This document shows, piece by piece, positions 1 to 9,916 of a stretch of 64,000 nt of DNA. Each line of letters begins with the position of its first letter. Position 1 is the stretch's first letter. The translations under genes and the position numbers were made by a program. The notes below the pieces were generated by a model. It saw nothing but the letters and a program-made list of their open reading frames with translations, was not told the origin of the DNA and did no database searches. Source of the DNA: Cenarchaeum sp. (GTDB taxonomy: Archaea > Thermoproteota > Nitrososphaeria > Nitrososphaerales > Nitrosopumilaceae); contig OY843768.1 of assembly GCA_963693095.2 (NCBI GenBank), positions 1,184,001-1,248,000 of the forward strand. The letters run 5' to 3'.

Positions 1-219
1 GTATATCTGCGTGGTCCATCCGTGGATGCAGTCAAGCTTTGCCATAGTTGAAGGCAGCTAGCCAGGGCACCCGGCCACCGCAGAACAGGCGCGCATCTCA
101 CCGCGCATATGGAATTGTATAGGGCTGTGTGCGCGCATGTCGTGCCCTGTGTGCGGCACATTCAGGCCAAACGCGCCGCATGGATAAAATAAAAGCACAC
201 TGGCGCCAGAGGCAGAGAC

Positions 220-642
220 TTGAAACCCGGTGGAACCATCATACTGACCGCAGAGCAGTTCGACGAGCTTGCCGACCATGCGGCAAGCTGTATGCCCAAT
301 GAGTCATGCGCGCTCTTGATCGGGCGATATGTTGCAAGAGACTCCATGGTCGAAAAGGTCGAAGTCGTGAAAAACATTGACGCAAGTCCAGAGAGGCAGT
401 TTAGCGTGGGAGTCGAGGAGCTCATCGGCCATTATAGAAAGGCAGAGAGCCGCGGAGCCGAGGTGGTCGGCATATTTCACAGCCATCCCACCTCTGGCAC
501 GCATCCCTCGCCCACAGACGAGCGCTACATGGCGGCAAACCCCGTCGCGTGGGTCATATACTCGGTCCGCGATGACGACTTTTGCGCGTATGCCATGGAC
601 GGCCATGGCAAGAGCGTCGAGGTCGACATCGGCATGGCCTAG
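220..642 (+). CDS. JAMM/MPN+ (Mov34, M67) metalloprotease
   Basis: PNESC near the N-terminus and JAMM motif FHSHPTSGTHPSPTD (HxH-x7-S-x2-D). Confidence 0.9.
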   Translation: MKPGGTIILTAEQFDELADHAASCMPNESCALLIGRYVARDSMVEKVEVVKNIDASPERQFSVGVEELIGHYRKAESRGAEVVGIFHSHPTSGTHPSPTDERYMAANPVAWVIYSVRDDDFCAYAMDGHGKSVEVDIGMA

Positions 643-796
643 CGCAGTACCAGCAACGGCAGTGTGTCCGGCGCGACTAGTGGCGCCGATGGCCATTGCG
701 GCCCCCTACACGAACATGGGATCCGCCACACAGGGAGTCCATTCTTCTGAAATTCCCGATCCAAGATATATAGCCCCATTTTTGGCAATGCGCGCA

Positions 797-1057
797 ATGG
801 AAATCCACGTGTATGACACGTACGTCAAGGCTGCAGATGGACACACAATGCACTTTGACGTCATAACCAAGGAAAAGAACCACGACAAGGCAATCGAGTA
901 CGCCAAGGAGTGGCTCTCAGCCGTTGGCGAGGGCGACTCAAAGGTGACCACCGAAGAGTGCAGCTTTTGCCACTCGCAGGGAGCCCCCGAGCCCGTAGAG
1001 AAGGCCATAGAGGAAAAGGGGTACTTTATCCAAAAGATGGAAGGCTGCCCGCAATAG
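797..1057 (+). CDS. DUF2024 family protein
   Basis: MEIHVYDTYV..GHTMHFDVI..ECSFCHSQ..GYFIQKMEGC matches the family pattern; ATG 797 chosen within the longer ORF. Confidence 0.8.
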   Translation: MEIHVYDTYVKAADGHTMHFDVITKEKNHDKAIEYAKEWLSAVGEGDSKVTTEECSFCHSQGAPEPVEKAIEEKGYFIQKMEGCPQ

Positions 1058-1079
1058 GCGCCTCCACACACATTTTTTC

Positions 1080-3125
1080 CTATATTGCCGGAAGCGGCAC
1101 GATGGCCACAAACGTGGAGACGAAGACTATTGCTATCGTGTTTAGGAGCTTTATGACCGTGTTTAGCGCCGGACCGGCAGTGTCCTTGTAGGGATCGCCG
1201 ATAACGTCACCGACCACGGCGACCTTGTGCTCCTCGCTGCCCTTTTGGCCGTTCATCTCGACGAGCTTTTTGGCATTGTCCCATGCCCCGCCCGTGTTTG
1301 CGAGGTGGTACGCAAGCACTATACCGGTGACGACAGAGCCCATGAGGAGGCCGGCGACGGCCGTGGGTCCGAGGAGCACGCCGAGGGCGATCGGCGCGAC
1401 TATGGCTATTACGGCAGTCTTCCAGAGCTCCTTTAGCGAGGCGACAGTCGCAATGTCGACGCATCGCGCATAGTTTGGCTTTGACGTGCCGGCCAGTATG
1501 CCCGCATCGGCCTTGAACTGGCTTCGAACCTCGTCGACCATGCGAAATGCCGCGCGCGAGACGCCGCTGATGAGCTGTCCCGTGATGAGAAACGGCAAGA
1601 GGCCGCCGACGAGAAGTCCGATGATCACCGTTGGGCTAGTCAGCGTGTAGTTTAGCGCCGTGTGGAACACCTCGGCGGCCTCGAACTGGAACGCCTGTAT
1701 CATGGCGAGTGCGGCGAGGCCGGCGCTGGCGATCGCAAATCCCTTGGTCACGGCCTTTGTGGTGTTGCCGACTGCGTCGATCTTGTCTGTCACCTTGCGG
1801 CGCTCCTCGCTCATGCCAGTCATCTCCACGATTCCCCCCGCATTGTCAGCTATCGGCCCAAAGGCGTCAATGCTGAGCACGATTCCGGCAAGGCTCAGCA
1901 TCGACATTGCCGTGAGCGACGTGCCAAATATCCCATAGAGGAGCGCGCTCTCGGCATCGGGGGCCGCAGAGGCCGACACGGCAAACGACAGGATGATCGC
2001 CACGATGAGCGCAATCATGAACGGTCCGGTTGACTTCATTCCCTTGATTATTCCCATTAGTATGAGTGACGCATATCCCCACTTGGCAGACTCGGCTATC
2101 TCCCTCACTGCGCCATAGCGATAGCTCGTATAGCTGTCAGTTATCTTTTGTATGACGGGCACTAGCGCGACACCGATGATGGTAGACGCAAAGAGCGCCA
2201 TCGAGGCGTCCGAGTCCCCAAGAAACATCGACGTGATCACATAGTTTAGCGCGACGGCCACGCCCGCTGACACATAGAATGCCCTGTTGAGCGGCCCCAT
2301 GACGTCATCCATTCCGCCCTTTGCGCGAATTGTCGCAACGCCGACCATCGAGGCGAGCATTCCAGACGCGCCAATGAGTATCGGGTACAGCGCATACTCT
2401 GTCAGGCCGATGAGCGCGGCGATCAGTATGGAGGCGAGCATTGTCACAATGTACGACTCGTAAATGTCCGATCCCATGCCGGCCGCATCGCCGACGTTGT
2501 CGCCGACATTGTCCGCAATGGTCGCAGGATTTCGCGGGTCATCCTCGGGAATGTTGGCCTCGACCTTGCCGACGAGGTCTGCTCCCATGTCAGCGGCCTT
2601 TGTGTATATGCCGCCGCCAATCCTCATAAACAGCGCAATGAGGCTAGCGCCGATGCCGACTCCGGCAATCGTTATGGGGTCAGGATAGACATAGTACAGG
2701 AGCGCCATGGCGAGCAGGGCCATCGCCGGCACTGCTAGGCCGACTGTGGCGCCCCCGCGAAACGCGAGGACGAATGTCTTGCCCAGGCCGCCCTCTGTGG
2801 CGTTGGCTGAGCGCACGGCGGCCTTTACCGTTATCTTTAGCGATATGAGGCCAGAGACTGCCGAGAGCGTCGCGCCGACGGCAAAGGCGATCCCGTTGGA
2901 TGCCCCGATAAAGTAGCCGATTATGACGGCCATGCCTATCGATATAGGCACGATTATCTTCATCTCACGCCTAAGAAAGGCCGAAGCGCCGACGCGCACG
3001 GCCTCGGATATCTCCATCATCTCCTTTGTGCCGGCCTTTTGCTTCACGACCCACGCGGCAAAGCCGGCTGCCATGGCAAACGACGCCACCGCTGCGATGA
3101 CGGGTAGGAGCTCGTGGGCGTCCAT
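1080..3125 (-). CDS. hppA: Membrane-integral H+/Na+-translocating pyrophosphatase
   Basis: GGGIYTKAADMGADLVGKVE, DNVGDNVGD, GNTTKA, GGAWDNAKK, GDPYKDTAGP; many TM helices. Confidence 0.96.
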   Translation of the reverse strand: MDAHELLPVIAAVASFAMAAGFAAWVVKQKAGTKEMMEISEAVRVGASAFLRREMKIIVPISIGMAVIIGYFIGASNGIAFAVGATLSAVSGLISLKITVKAAVRSANATEGGLGKTFVLAFRGGATVGLAVPAMALLAMALLYYVYPDPITIAGVGIGASLIALFMRIGGGIYTKAADMGADLVGKVEANIPEDDPRNPATIADNVGDNVGDAAGMGSDIYESYIVTMLASILIAALIGLTEYALYPILIGASGMLASMVGVATIRAKGGMDDVMGPLNRAFYVSAGVAVALNYVITSMFLGDSDASMALFASTIIGVALVPVIQKITDSYTSYRYGAVREIAESAKWGYASLILMGIIKGMKSTGPFMIALIVAIILSFAVSASAAPDAESALLYGIFGTSLTAMSMLSLAGIVLSIDAFGPIADNAGGIVEMTGMSEERRKVTDKIDAVGNTTKAVTKGFAIASAGLAALAMIQAFQFEAAEVFHTALNYTLTSPTVIIGLLVGGLLPFLITGQLISGVSRAAFRMVDEVRSQFKADAGILAGTSKPNYARCVDIATVASLKELWKTAVIAIVAPIALGVLLGPTAVAGLLMGSVVTGIVLAYHLANTGGAWDNAKKLVEMNGQKGSEEHKVAVVGDVIGDPYKDTAGPALNTVIKLLNTIAIVFVSTFVAIVPLPAI

Positions 3126-3162
3126 TAATGCGCGCACGCCTCTTACGCATGAATATAAACCA

Positions 3163-3540
3163 TCAATCGCCGGCGGCACGCGTGCGCCGCCGGTAGGGTA
3201 AGAAGCGCTTTCCGGCTAGCCCGCGGCGCACGAGGCGGTTAAAGCGCCTCCCGTGCGACAGGTACGGGAACCTCATGTGGACCAGCTCGTGGACTATGGT
3301 GTTCTCGAGGGTCTTCTCGTCGGGGATCTTGCGCACGTTGATGAAGACTAGGTTCTGCTCTAGGTACGAGACGCCATAGTACTTGTAGGCCGTCGTGCGC
3401 CTCCCGTCGGTGATCTCGCGCGGCATGGAGAGGACCTCGCGCGAGGTGAGCAGGACGACAGGGGCGGGAATCGAAAAGCGGGCCGAGTATATGCCGACCT
3501 TTTCAAGAATCGCTAGACGGAGGTCTTCATCAAGCCTCAT
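3163..3540 (-). CDS. Small zincin-like metallopeptidase (SprT/M48-like)
   Basis: TIVHELVH (HExxH) followed by HGRRF. Confidence 0.7.
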   Translation of the reverse strand: MRLDEDLRLAILEKVGIYSARFSIPAPVVLLTSREVLSMPREITDGRRTTAYKYYGVSYLEQNLVFINVRKIPDEKTLENTIVHELVHMRFPYLSHGRRFNRLVRRGLAGKRFLPYRRRTRAAGD

Positions 3541-3667
3541 GGCAGGCAATGCGCGTACGAGTGTATATCATCGTGGGTCAGCTCTTGCTAGTTAGCGAGT
3601 CGAGCAATGTTGAACGCAGTTCCCGTGTTAAGTTATTATACGCGTGGGGCACCGCACGCAGAATAGC

Positions 3668-3744
3668 GCGAAGTTAGTATAGCCTGGTGGTACACCAGCT
3701 TCCCAAGCTGGGAGTCGCGGGTTCGAATCCCGCACTTCGCACCA
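3668..3744 (+). tRNA. tRNA-Gly (anticodon CCC), intronless, CCA encoded
   Basis: Acceptor stem GCGAAGT/ACTTCGC, anticodon arm CCAGC-TTCCCAA-GCTGG, T loop GGTTCGAATCC, 3' ACCA. Confidence 0.95.
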
Positions 3745-3784
3745 TTCACATGCATTTAAACCCCCGCACGTTTTGGGCCTGGAC

Positions 3785-4321
3785 ATGGACGAATGGGAGG
3801 CGCGCGTGGTCGTCAAGCACCTGGCCGATGAAGAGGAACGCAAGGTCGGCTCGCTCCTGCTGGACATGGGACTAGAGCTCGTCGCGGCACATGCTCCGGT
3901 TTCGCTAAATGACCAGAGAGACGACAGGGATGGAGAGGTTGATCTGCTCTTCAGGCTGGGGGACACGGCTATAATCGCAGAGGTGAGCGTGCAAAAGAAA
4001 AAGGGTGCCAAACTAAAACAATTGTTCGAGGTGTTTAACAATGAAGATGTGTTGAACAAGTTAAAAAATGACCACAAGGAGATAAAAGATGCGCACAGTT
4101 TTAAACGGATTTATTTTGATATGCAGCATCCCTATAAAATGAATGAGTTTGGTCAAATTGAGAAGCCCCTCACACAGGAGGGGAACTTTATCGTGTTCAA
4201 GGACGAGTTTGACACCATAAAAGAGTGGGTCGACAGGCGCAAGATAGCTCCAATACAGCAGCTCTTTGACGTCATGGTGTCAAGAAGCGGCAATGAGGCC
4301 ATATCGTGCCCCAAGGCCTAG
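3785..4321 (+). CDS. Hypothetical protein, possible PD-(D/E)xK nuclease-like fold
   Basis: GEVDLL...IIAEVS resembles a restriction-endonuclease core; 3' half AT-rich; TTTAAA ~30 nt upstream of ATG 3785. Confidence 0.5.
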   Translation: MDEWEARVVVKHLADEEERKVGSLLLDMGLELVAAHAPVSLNDQRDDRDGEVDLLFRLGDTAIIAEVSVQKKKGAKLKQLFEVFNNEDVLNKLKNDHKEIKDAHSFKRIYFDMQHPYKMNEFGQIEKPLTQEGNFIVFKDEFDTIKEWVDRRKIAPIQQLFDVMVSRSGNEAISCPKA

Positions 4322-4369
4322 GACGTCGGCAAGATGGTCACAGTCAGAAATTGGTAGCAAATCACTGGA

Positions 4370-4894
4370 TCATTCAGCCACCGGTTCATCATCCCTGCGT
4401 TCCATCGAGCCCATTATGCGGCGCGCTTTATCCCTTGCTCCGGCGCCCACGACCACGATCACCATGCCCTCACCGGGCTGCCCATAGGCCACAACAGAGC
4501 CGTCATCGCACATGTCACACAGCGGAACCGCGAGGAGATCCTCCTCGCCATCAACGGTGATGCGCACAGGCTGCGGTGCGCCGAGTGCCGTGCGCAGCGC
4601 GCAGAGCGCGCCGTCTGATATGGTGCCTGCGGCATTTGCGCATGACAGTGACGTTGCCGGCGAGCCGTCCGGATACGCGCGCGAGGCGCGCCTCTCGTGG
4701 CCATCGACGACCTGCACGCCGGCCTCCATGCCAAGCTGCGCAAGGCGACCCGTGGTCGCATCGCCGACTGCAACGACTAGTGCGCCGTCGGGAATCTCAG
4801 AGCGCACCCTGGCTGCCGTGATCTCGTGATCCGGAACAAGGACGCCAAGCGGCTCCTTTAGCGTGGCGCGCAGCGCCTCTGGAAGGATGAGCAT
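4370..4894 (-). CDS. GTP-dependent dephospho-CoA kinase (DUF359)
   Basis: LKEPLG, VGDATT, VDG, VDGEEDLLAVP, YGQPGEG motifs. Confidence 0.9.
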   Translation of the reverse strand: MLILPEALRATLKEPLGVLVPDHEITAARVRSEIPDGALVVAVGDATTGRLAQLGMEAGVQVVDGHERRASRAYPDGSPATSLSCANAAGTISDGALCALRTALGAPQPVRITVDGEEDLLAVPLCDMCDDGSVVAYGQPGEGMVIVVVGAGARDKARRIMGSMERRDDEPVAE

Positions 4895-4904
4895 TGTGGC
4901 GCAC

Positions 4905-6062
4905 CTAGGGCGAGGCCGCCGTTCCTAGTGCCTGCCCCGCCTGCTGTGGCTGGGCGACTGGCTCGGGCTCGGCGGGCTCGGCGCCAGAAACATCCTCGCC
5001 GGCTGCAAGGCGCGCGGCAATGATGCTGCACTGTGCGGCGACATTCTTGGCGGCAGCCTCAAACGCGCGTGCGCTAGGCGATTCGGGATCAGTCAGCATG
5101 ACAGGTTTGCCCGTGTCCGAGCCGGCCATTATCCCCGAGTTGAGCGGTATGTCCCCAAGGTTTGGTATCTTGAACTGCTCGCTTATCCTCTCGGCCCCGC
5201 CGGTCCCGAACACGCGATGGCGCTCCCCGCACTTTGTGCACTCGAATGCGCTCATGTTCTCTATAATCCCGAGTATTGGCACATTGAGCTTTGTGAACAT
5301 GCCAAGGGCCTTTACGGCAACGCTGCTAGCCACCTGCTGTGGCGTGGTCACCACGAGAATTCCCGTTATCGGTATTGTCTGGGCCAGCGTGAGCGGAATG
5401 TCCCCTGTGCCAGGCGGCAGGTCCACGATAAGATAGTCAAGATCGCTCCAGTCAGTGTCCACGAGAAACTGGCGCAGTATACCAGAGATTATCGGGCCCC
5501 TGTATATGGCCGCCTGGTGCTCCTGCTCGCCAAAGAACCCAAATGACACAACATCTATCCCGTTGGACCTTGTGGGGCGCAGCTTGTGCTTTTCCTCGTC
5601 GACCTCCATGAACCCCTCTGTGATCCCGAGCATGAGCGGTATGGACGGGCCGTAAATGTCAGCATCAAGAAGGCCAACCTTGGCGCCGGTTCGCGAGAGC
5701 GCCAGTGCGAGGTTTAGCGCAACTGTGGACTTGCCTACGCCGCCCTTGCCGCTAGCCACGCCAATGATGTTCTTTACTGTCTTCATGCCCATGTCATCCT
5801 CAAGTGAGCGGCCCTCCATGACCTTTGCAGTCACGTTCAGGTCGAGCTTTGAGACTCCCTCGATCTCCGAGATGGCGTTGCGCACGTCACGCTCAATGTC
5901 ATCATTGAACGGGCATGCCGGAGTCGTAAGCTCTAGCGTAAACTTTAGGTTTCCCGCGTCGATCTCCAGATCCTTTATCATCCCCATCGAGACGATATCC
6001 TTTTTCAGATCAGGGTCTATCACGGTTGCGAGCTTTTCGAGCACCTGATCAACGCCAACCAT
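4905..6062 (-). CDS. mrp: Mrp/NBP35 (ApbC) Fe-S cluster carrier ATPase with N-terminal DUF59 domain
   Basis: DPDLKKDIVSMG, TPACP, SGKGGVGKST, DADIYGPS, DLPPGTGD, ENMS..CxxC. Confidence 0.93.
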   Translation of the reverse strand: MVGVDQVLEKLATVIDPDLKKDIVSMGMIKDLEIDAGNLKFTLELTTPACPFNDDIERDVRNAISEIEGVSKLDLNVTAKVMEGRSLEDDMGMKTVKNIIGVASGKGGVGKSTVALNLALALSRTGAKVGLLDADIYGPSIPLMLGITEGFMEVDEEKHKLRPTRSNGIDVVSFGFFGEQEHQAAIYRGPIISGILRQFLVDTDWSDLDYLIVDLPPGTGDIPLTLAQTIPITGILVVTTPQQVASSVAVKALGMFTKLNVPILGIIENMSAFECTKCGERHRVFGTGGAERISEQFKIPNLGDIPLNSGIMAGSDTGKPVMLTDPESPSARAFEAAAKNVAAQCSIIAARLAAGEDVSGAEPAEPEPVAQPQQAGQALGTAASP

Positions 6063-6260
6063 GAGCAAAACCGCCGACGCACATTATTTAAAGATAGACG
6101 GGTTTTCCCCACCGTTGCGCGCCGCCGGACTGCGCGGGCCATGACGCCCATGGTGCGCCATTGTACCGTACACGGGGATGGCACCCTTTGCCAAAGGCCC
6201 CATTTTGCGCCTAGGGTGGCAAACGTTCATAAACTTTGGATCGTGCGTCGGCACAACAAG

Positions 6261-6899
6261 TTGTTCTCCATATCGAGCCTAGTCGATGTCGTGCGCATAC
6301 CTCCAAACCTCTTTGGAACGACGATGAAAAAGGCCGCCATGAACATACTCAAGGAGAAGTACGAGAGCATGATAAACGCCGAGCTCGGGTATATCATCAT
6401 GATCCTCGACGTAAAGGTCGAGGAGATGGGAAGGCTAATCGCCGGTGACGGCGGGACGTTTCACAGGGTCGAGTTCGACGCGCTCACGTTCTATCCAAAG
6501 CTGCAAGAGATCGTCCGCGGCGAGATCGTCGACATCACTGACTTTGGCGCCTTTGTGAGGATAGGCCCGACTGATGCCCTCCTGCACCTCTCGCAGGTCA
6601 TGGACGACTATCTAAAGAGCGACGTAAAGGCCGGCACGATATTTGCAAACCAGAGCGAGCGGACACTAAAGGTCGGCTCGACATTGCGAACCAGGATAAC
6701 TGCCGTGTCCCTCGGCAAGGCCGCATCCATGGGCAAGATCGGAATAACGTGCAGGCAGCCGTTCCTTGGCGCCGATGAGTGGGTCGCCGAGGAGGTAAAG
6801 GGCTCAGCTGGAGGCGCAAAGTCCAAAAAGCCCGAGGGCAAAAAGGCAGAGGCCGCAGCCCCCAAGGCCAAGGCCAAAGCCAAGGCGGGATCAAAGTAG
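6261..6899 (+). CDS. rpoE1: DNA-directed RNA polymerase subunit E' (Rpo7)
   Basis: DVVRIPP, S1 domain FGAFVRIGPTDALLHLSQ, RQPFLG; TTG start inferred. Confidence 0.93.
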   Translation: MFSISSLVDVVRIPPNLFGTTMKKAAMNILKEKYESMINAELGYIIMILDVKVEEMGRLIAGDGGTFHRVEFDALTFYPKLQEIVRGEIVDITDFGAFVRIGPTDALLHLSQVMDDYLKSDVKAGTIFANQSERTLKVGSTLRTRITAVSLGKAASMGKIGITCRQPFLGADEWVAEEVKGSAGGAKSKKPEGKKAEAAAPKAKAKAKAGSK

Positions 6900-6901
6900 A
6901 C

Positions 6902-7090
6902 ATGGCCCGCGAGATGGCGTGCCGAAAGTGCAAGTTTGTGACGACAGGCAAGGTCTGTCCCAGCTGCAAGTCATCTGACCTTACGCCGGACTGGAACGGC
7001 ATAGTGCTCGTCGTGGATCCCGAGACCTCCAACATTGCCCACACGCTAGGCATAACTGGAAAGGGCAAGTATGCCCTAAAGGTAACATGA
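6902..7090 (+). CDS. spt4: Transcription elongation factor Spt4 (RpoE'')
   Basis: ACRKC..CPSC Zn finger, W.G.V...DPE.S.IA..LGI..GKYALKV; directly after rpoE'. Confidence 0.92.
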   Translation: MAREMACRKCKFVTTGKVCPSCKSSDLTPDWNGIVLVVDPETSNIAHTLGITGKGKYALKVT

Positions 7091-7091
7091 G

Positions 7092-7928
7092 TTGCCGCAA
7101 AGCCCAAGGGGCCAGATTGCGCGATTTCTAGCCGAGGACATTGGCAAGGGCGACATTACCAGTGCGCTCCTTGCGCGTACGCGACTTGATGCCACACTAA
7201 TCACAAGGGAGCCATGCGTGGTTGCCGGCGCAAAGTGGGCGCGCGTGGCCTTTGAGCTTCGCGGGTGCACCGTGCGCGCGTGCGCGCGTGACGGCCGGCG
7301 CGCTCGCGCGGGCCAGGCCATAATGGACGTGCGCGGCACGGCCCAGGGCGTGCTCTCTGCTGAGAGGACTGCGCTCAACGTCCTCTCGCGCATGAGCGGA
7401 ATTGCAACGCAGACGCGCGCGCTCACGGCCATGCTGCGCGGGACGCGCGCGCGCGTCTATGCGACGCGCAAGACAGCGCCGGGCATGGGATTCTTTGACA
7501 AGGAGGCTGTCGCCGCCGGCGGCGGGGCGAGGCACAGGATGAACCTAGGCGAGGCGGTCCTCATAAAGGACAACCACATACTTGCAGCAGCGGCCTCGGG
7601 AATCGGCATGGCAGAGCTCGTGGAGCGCGCCGTGCGTAGGCACAAGAGCGTAGAGGTCGAAGTCGAGGGCGTGCGCGATGCGCTAGTCGCAGCGCGTGCC
7701 GGCGCGCACACCATAATGCTTGACAACTTTACGCCGGCGCGCGCTAGGCGTGCCGTGGAGGCCATCAGGCGCGAGGGCCTTCGCAGGCGCGTGAGGCTAG
7801 AGGCGTCTGGCGGCATTGGCGCGCGCAACATTGCGGCGTACGCAAGGGCCGGCGTTGACATGATATCGGTGGGCTCGATAACGTCATCTGTGCGCTCCAT
7901 AGACATGAGCCTCGAGGCGCGCGTCTAG
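7092..7928 (+). CDS. nadC: Quinolinate phosphoribosyltransferase
   Basis: EDIGKGDIT, ATRKTAPG, HRMNL, IKDNH, MLDNF, EASGGI. Confidence 0.95.
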   Translation: MPQSPRGQIARFLAEDIGKGDITSALLARTRLDATLITREPCVVAGAKWARVAFELRGCTVRACARDGRRARAGQAIMDVRGTAQGVLSAERTALNVLSRMSGIATQTRALTAMLRGTRARVYATRKTAPGMGFFDKEAVAAGGGARHRMNLGEAVLIKDNHILAAAASGIGMAELVERAVRRHKSVEVEVEGVRDALVAARAGAHTIMLDNFTPARARRAVEAIRREGLRRRVRLEASGGIGARNIAAYARAGVDMISVGSITSSVRSIDMSLEARV

Positions 7929-8884
7929 CCTATCGCGAGCATGCGCTGGATGGCGCGCCGCGCGCGCTCGGCGGTTCGTGCTGGAACCCTCACCTCGTGC
8001 TGCGAGTGGAGGAGCGAGTCACGAACCTTTTCGAGCGTTATCATCTTCATGTACCGGCATTCAGCAGTGTCAGAGGCGGCGACAAATCGCTTGCCGGGAT
8101 TTTGGCGCGCGAGGCGGTACATCATGCCAGTTTCTGTCGCGACGACAAAGCTGCTCGAGTCAGACTCGGCGGCGCGCCTCATCATGCCCTCCGTGGACAG
8201 GATGCTTGCGCGAATGTCCCCGTATCCGCCCGTGGCGACATCGTGGAGTATGGGAGTTGTGCAGCTGCATTCGGGATGCACAAGAAACTCGGCATCACGC
8301 ATGGAATCCATCTTTTTGGCGACATCCTCTGGCCGTATGCCGGCGTGGACATGGCACTCACCTGCCCAGATTCGCATGTTCTTTCGTCCCGTCATCTTTG
8401 CGACGTATGCGCCAAGGAACATGTCAGGGAGGAACAGGATCTCGCGCGAGGGGGGAATCGCGTTGACCACCGCAACTGCATTGGATGACGTGCAGCAATA
8501 GTCGAGCTCGGCCTTTATCGCCGCCGTCGTGTTGACATATCCCACGGCAACGGCGCCCTCGTGCCGTGCCTTCCACGCCCTGAGATCATCTACTGTTATC
8601 GAGTCAGACAGTGAGCATCCCGCATCAAGATCCGGTATCAGGACGCGCTTTTGGGGCGATATTATGGCCGCAGTCTCGGCCATAAAGTGGACGCCGCAGA
8701 ACAGTATGGTCGAGTGCGGCGTTTGCGCCGCCTGCCTTGCGAGCCCAAGTGAGTCGCCGACATAGTCGGCCACGTCCTGCACGCCGGGAACCTGGTAGTT
8801 GTGGGCCAGGATGACCGTGTCCGTCTCGGCCTTTAGGCGCATGACCTCCTCTGTGAGCGCCCGTGGAGCCGCATTGCCGACCAT
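7925..8884 (-). CDS. nadA: Quinolinate synthase
   Basis: ILAHNYQ, GDSL, FCGVHFMAE, CTSSNA, HPEC, C.YMK. Confidence 0.96.
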   Translation of the reverse strand: MVGNAAPRALTEEVMRLKAETDTVILAHNYQVPGVQDVADYVGDSLGLARQAAQTPHSTILFCGVHFMAETAAIISPQKRVLIPDLDAGCSLSDSITVDDLRAWKARHEGAVAVGYVNTTAAIKAELDYCCTSSNAVAVVNAIPPSREILFLPDMFLGAYVAKMTGRKNMRIWAGECHVHAGIRPEDVAKKMDSMRDAEFLVHPECSCTTPILHDVATGGYGDIRASILSTEGMMRRAAESDSSSFVVATETGMMYRLARQNPGKRFVAASDTAECRYMKMITLEKVRDSLLHSQHEVRVPARTAERARRAIQRMLAIG

Positions 8885-8975
8885 TGCGCAGGGTAGTGCC
8901 GCGTCCCGCATTTAAAGAGTGGCGAGACGGCATTTTGTGCGCAATGCTGCGCACAATGTGGCAATTATTGCCCGT

Positions 8976-9785
8976 TCAGGCGCCCAGTCGAACCGAGCCG
9001 CGCGTGGCGCACACGCGCGCGAGCAGGTCAAGGGCAGAGAGTGCGGCCAGGCGGCTCGTCCGCGGGTTTGAGGCATCCGGCACGTTGGAGACGGTGATAT
9101 CCATGGAGCCAAACGCGCCGTGGGCCTCGATCTTGTGCGTGTTGGAGGAGGCAGCACAGTCGGCGACGATGCGCACCCTCGTCTTGTGCGCGCCCAGCGT
9201 CGCCAGGCTCAAGAGTGCGGCAACGTTGATGTTTTGCGGGAATCCCAGGACGGCATCAAGGGCGCTGCCCGAAAAGATCTCAGCCGAGCCAGACGTGGGC
9301 AGCCCGCTTGCCCCCGGCGCGCCGCGCAGCGAGTCAGGGTGCTTTGTGGTCGTCAGCGTGACTGCATCAAGCTCGTTGCGCACCGCACGCAGCGCGTCAA
9401 GGCCGGCGATGGCGCCTGATGGCAGGTAGATGAACCGGTCAAACTCGGCGCACGCCTCGGAGAGGACCTCAAGGACGGCCTCGTCTAGCAGTGCGCCGGC
9501 GCTCATGACCACAAGGTCACGCCTGTTCTGCAGAACGCTCAGCGCATAGTCGCGCACGGCATCCTGCGAGGCGGCCTCGACGACCATGTCGACCGGATAC
9601 GAGGAGAGCATGTGCGCGTTCTCTGCGATGATCGGAGGCGAGGAGAGGGCCGAGGCGAGCCGTGCGGAGGCCTCTGGAACCTCGTCATACACGTGCGTGA
9701 GGCGCGCATCTATTGCGCCCGAGTCGATTGCGCGCGCGATCTGGCTCCCGATTGCGCCGCACCCAAGGAGTGCCACTCGCTTCAT
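8976..9785 (-). CDS. nadX: L-aspartate dehydrogenase
   Basis: Rossmann GCGAIG, EAASQ, PSGAIAGLD, FPQNINVAA, NPRTSRLAA; next to nadA/nadC. Confidence 0.92.
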   Translation of the reverse strand: MKRVALLGCGAIGSQIARAIDSGAIDARLTHVYDEVPEASARLASALSSPPIIAENAHMLSSYPVDMVVEAASQDAVRDYALSVLQNRRDLVVMSAGALLDEAVLEVLSEACAEFDRFIYLPSGAIAGLDALRAVRNELDAVTLTTTKHPDSLRGAPGASGLPTSGSAEIFSGSALDAVLGFPQNINVAALLSLATLGAHKTRVRIVADCAASSNTHKIEAHGAFGSMDITVSNVPDASNPRTSRLAALSALDLLARVCATRGSVRLGA

Positions 9786-9916
9786 GCTCGGAGCGCCGCC
9801 GGCGTGGCGCAATTAACCCTACGCATTGCGGCAACCCATGCCACACATGGCGCGTGCGTCGGCAATGGTGATGTGGGCAAACGCCTTTTTATTGTGGGCC
9901 TCCCTGTAGGGGCGGG

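Noticed and set aside
1-45. Possible start of a minus-strand gene (MAKLDCIHGWTTQIY)
   Set aside because: Only 15 codons are visible; cannot be supported
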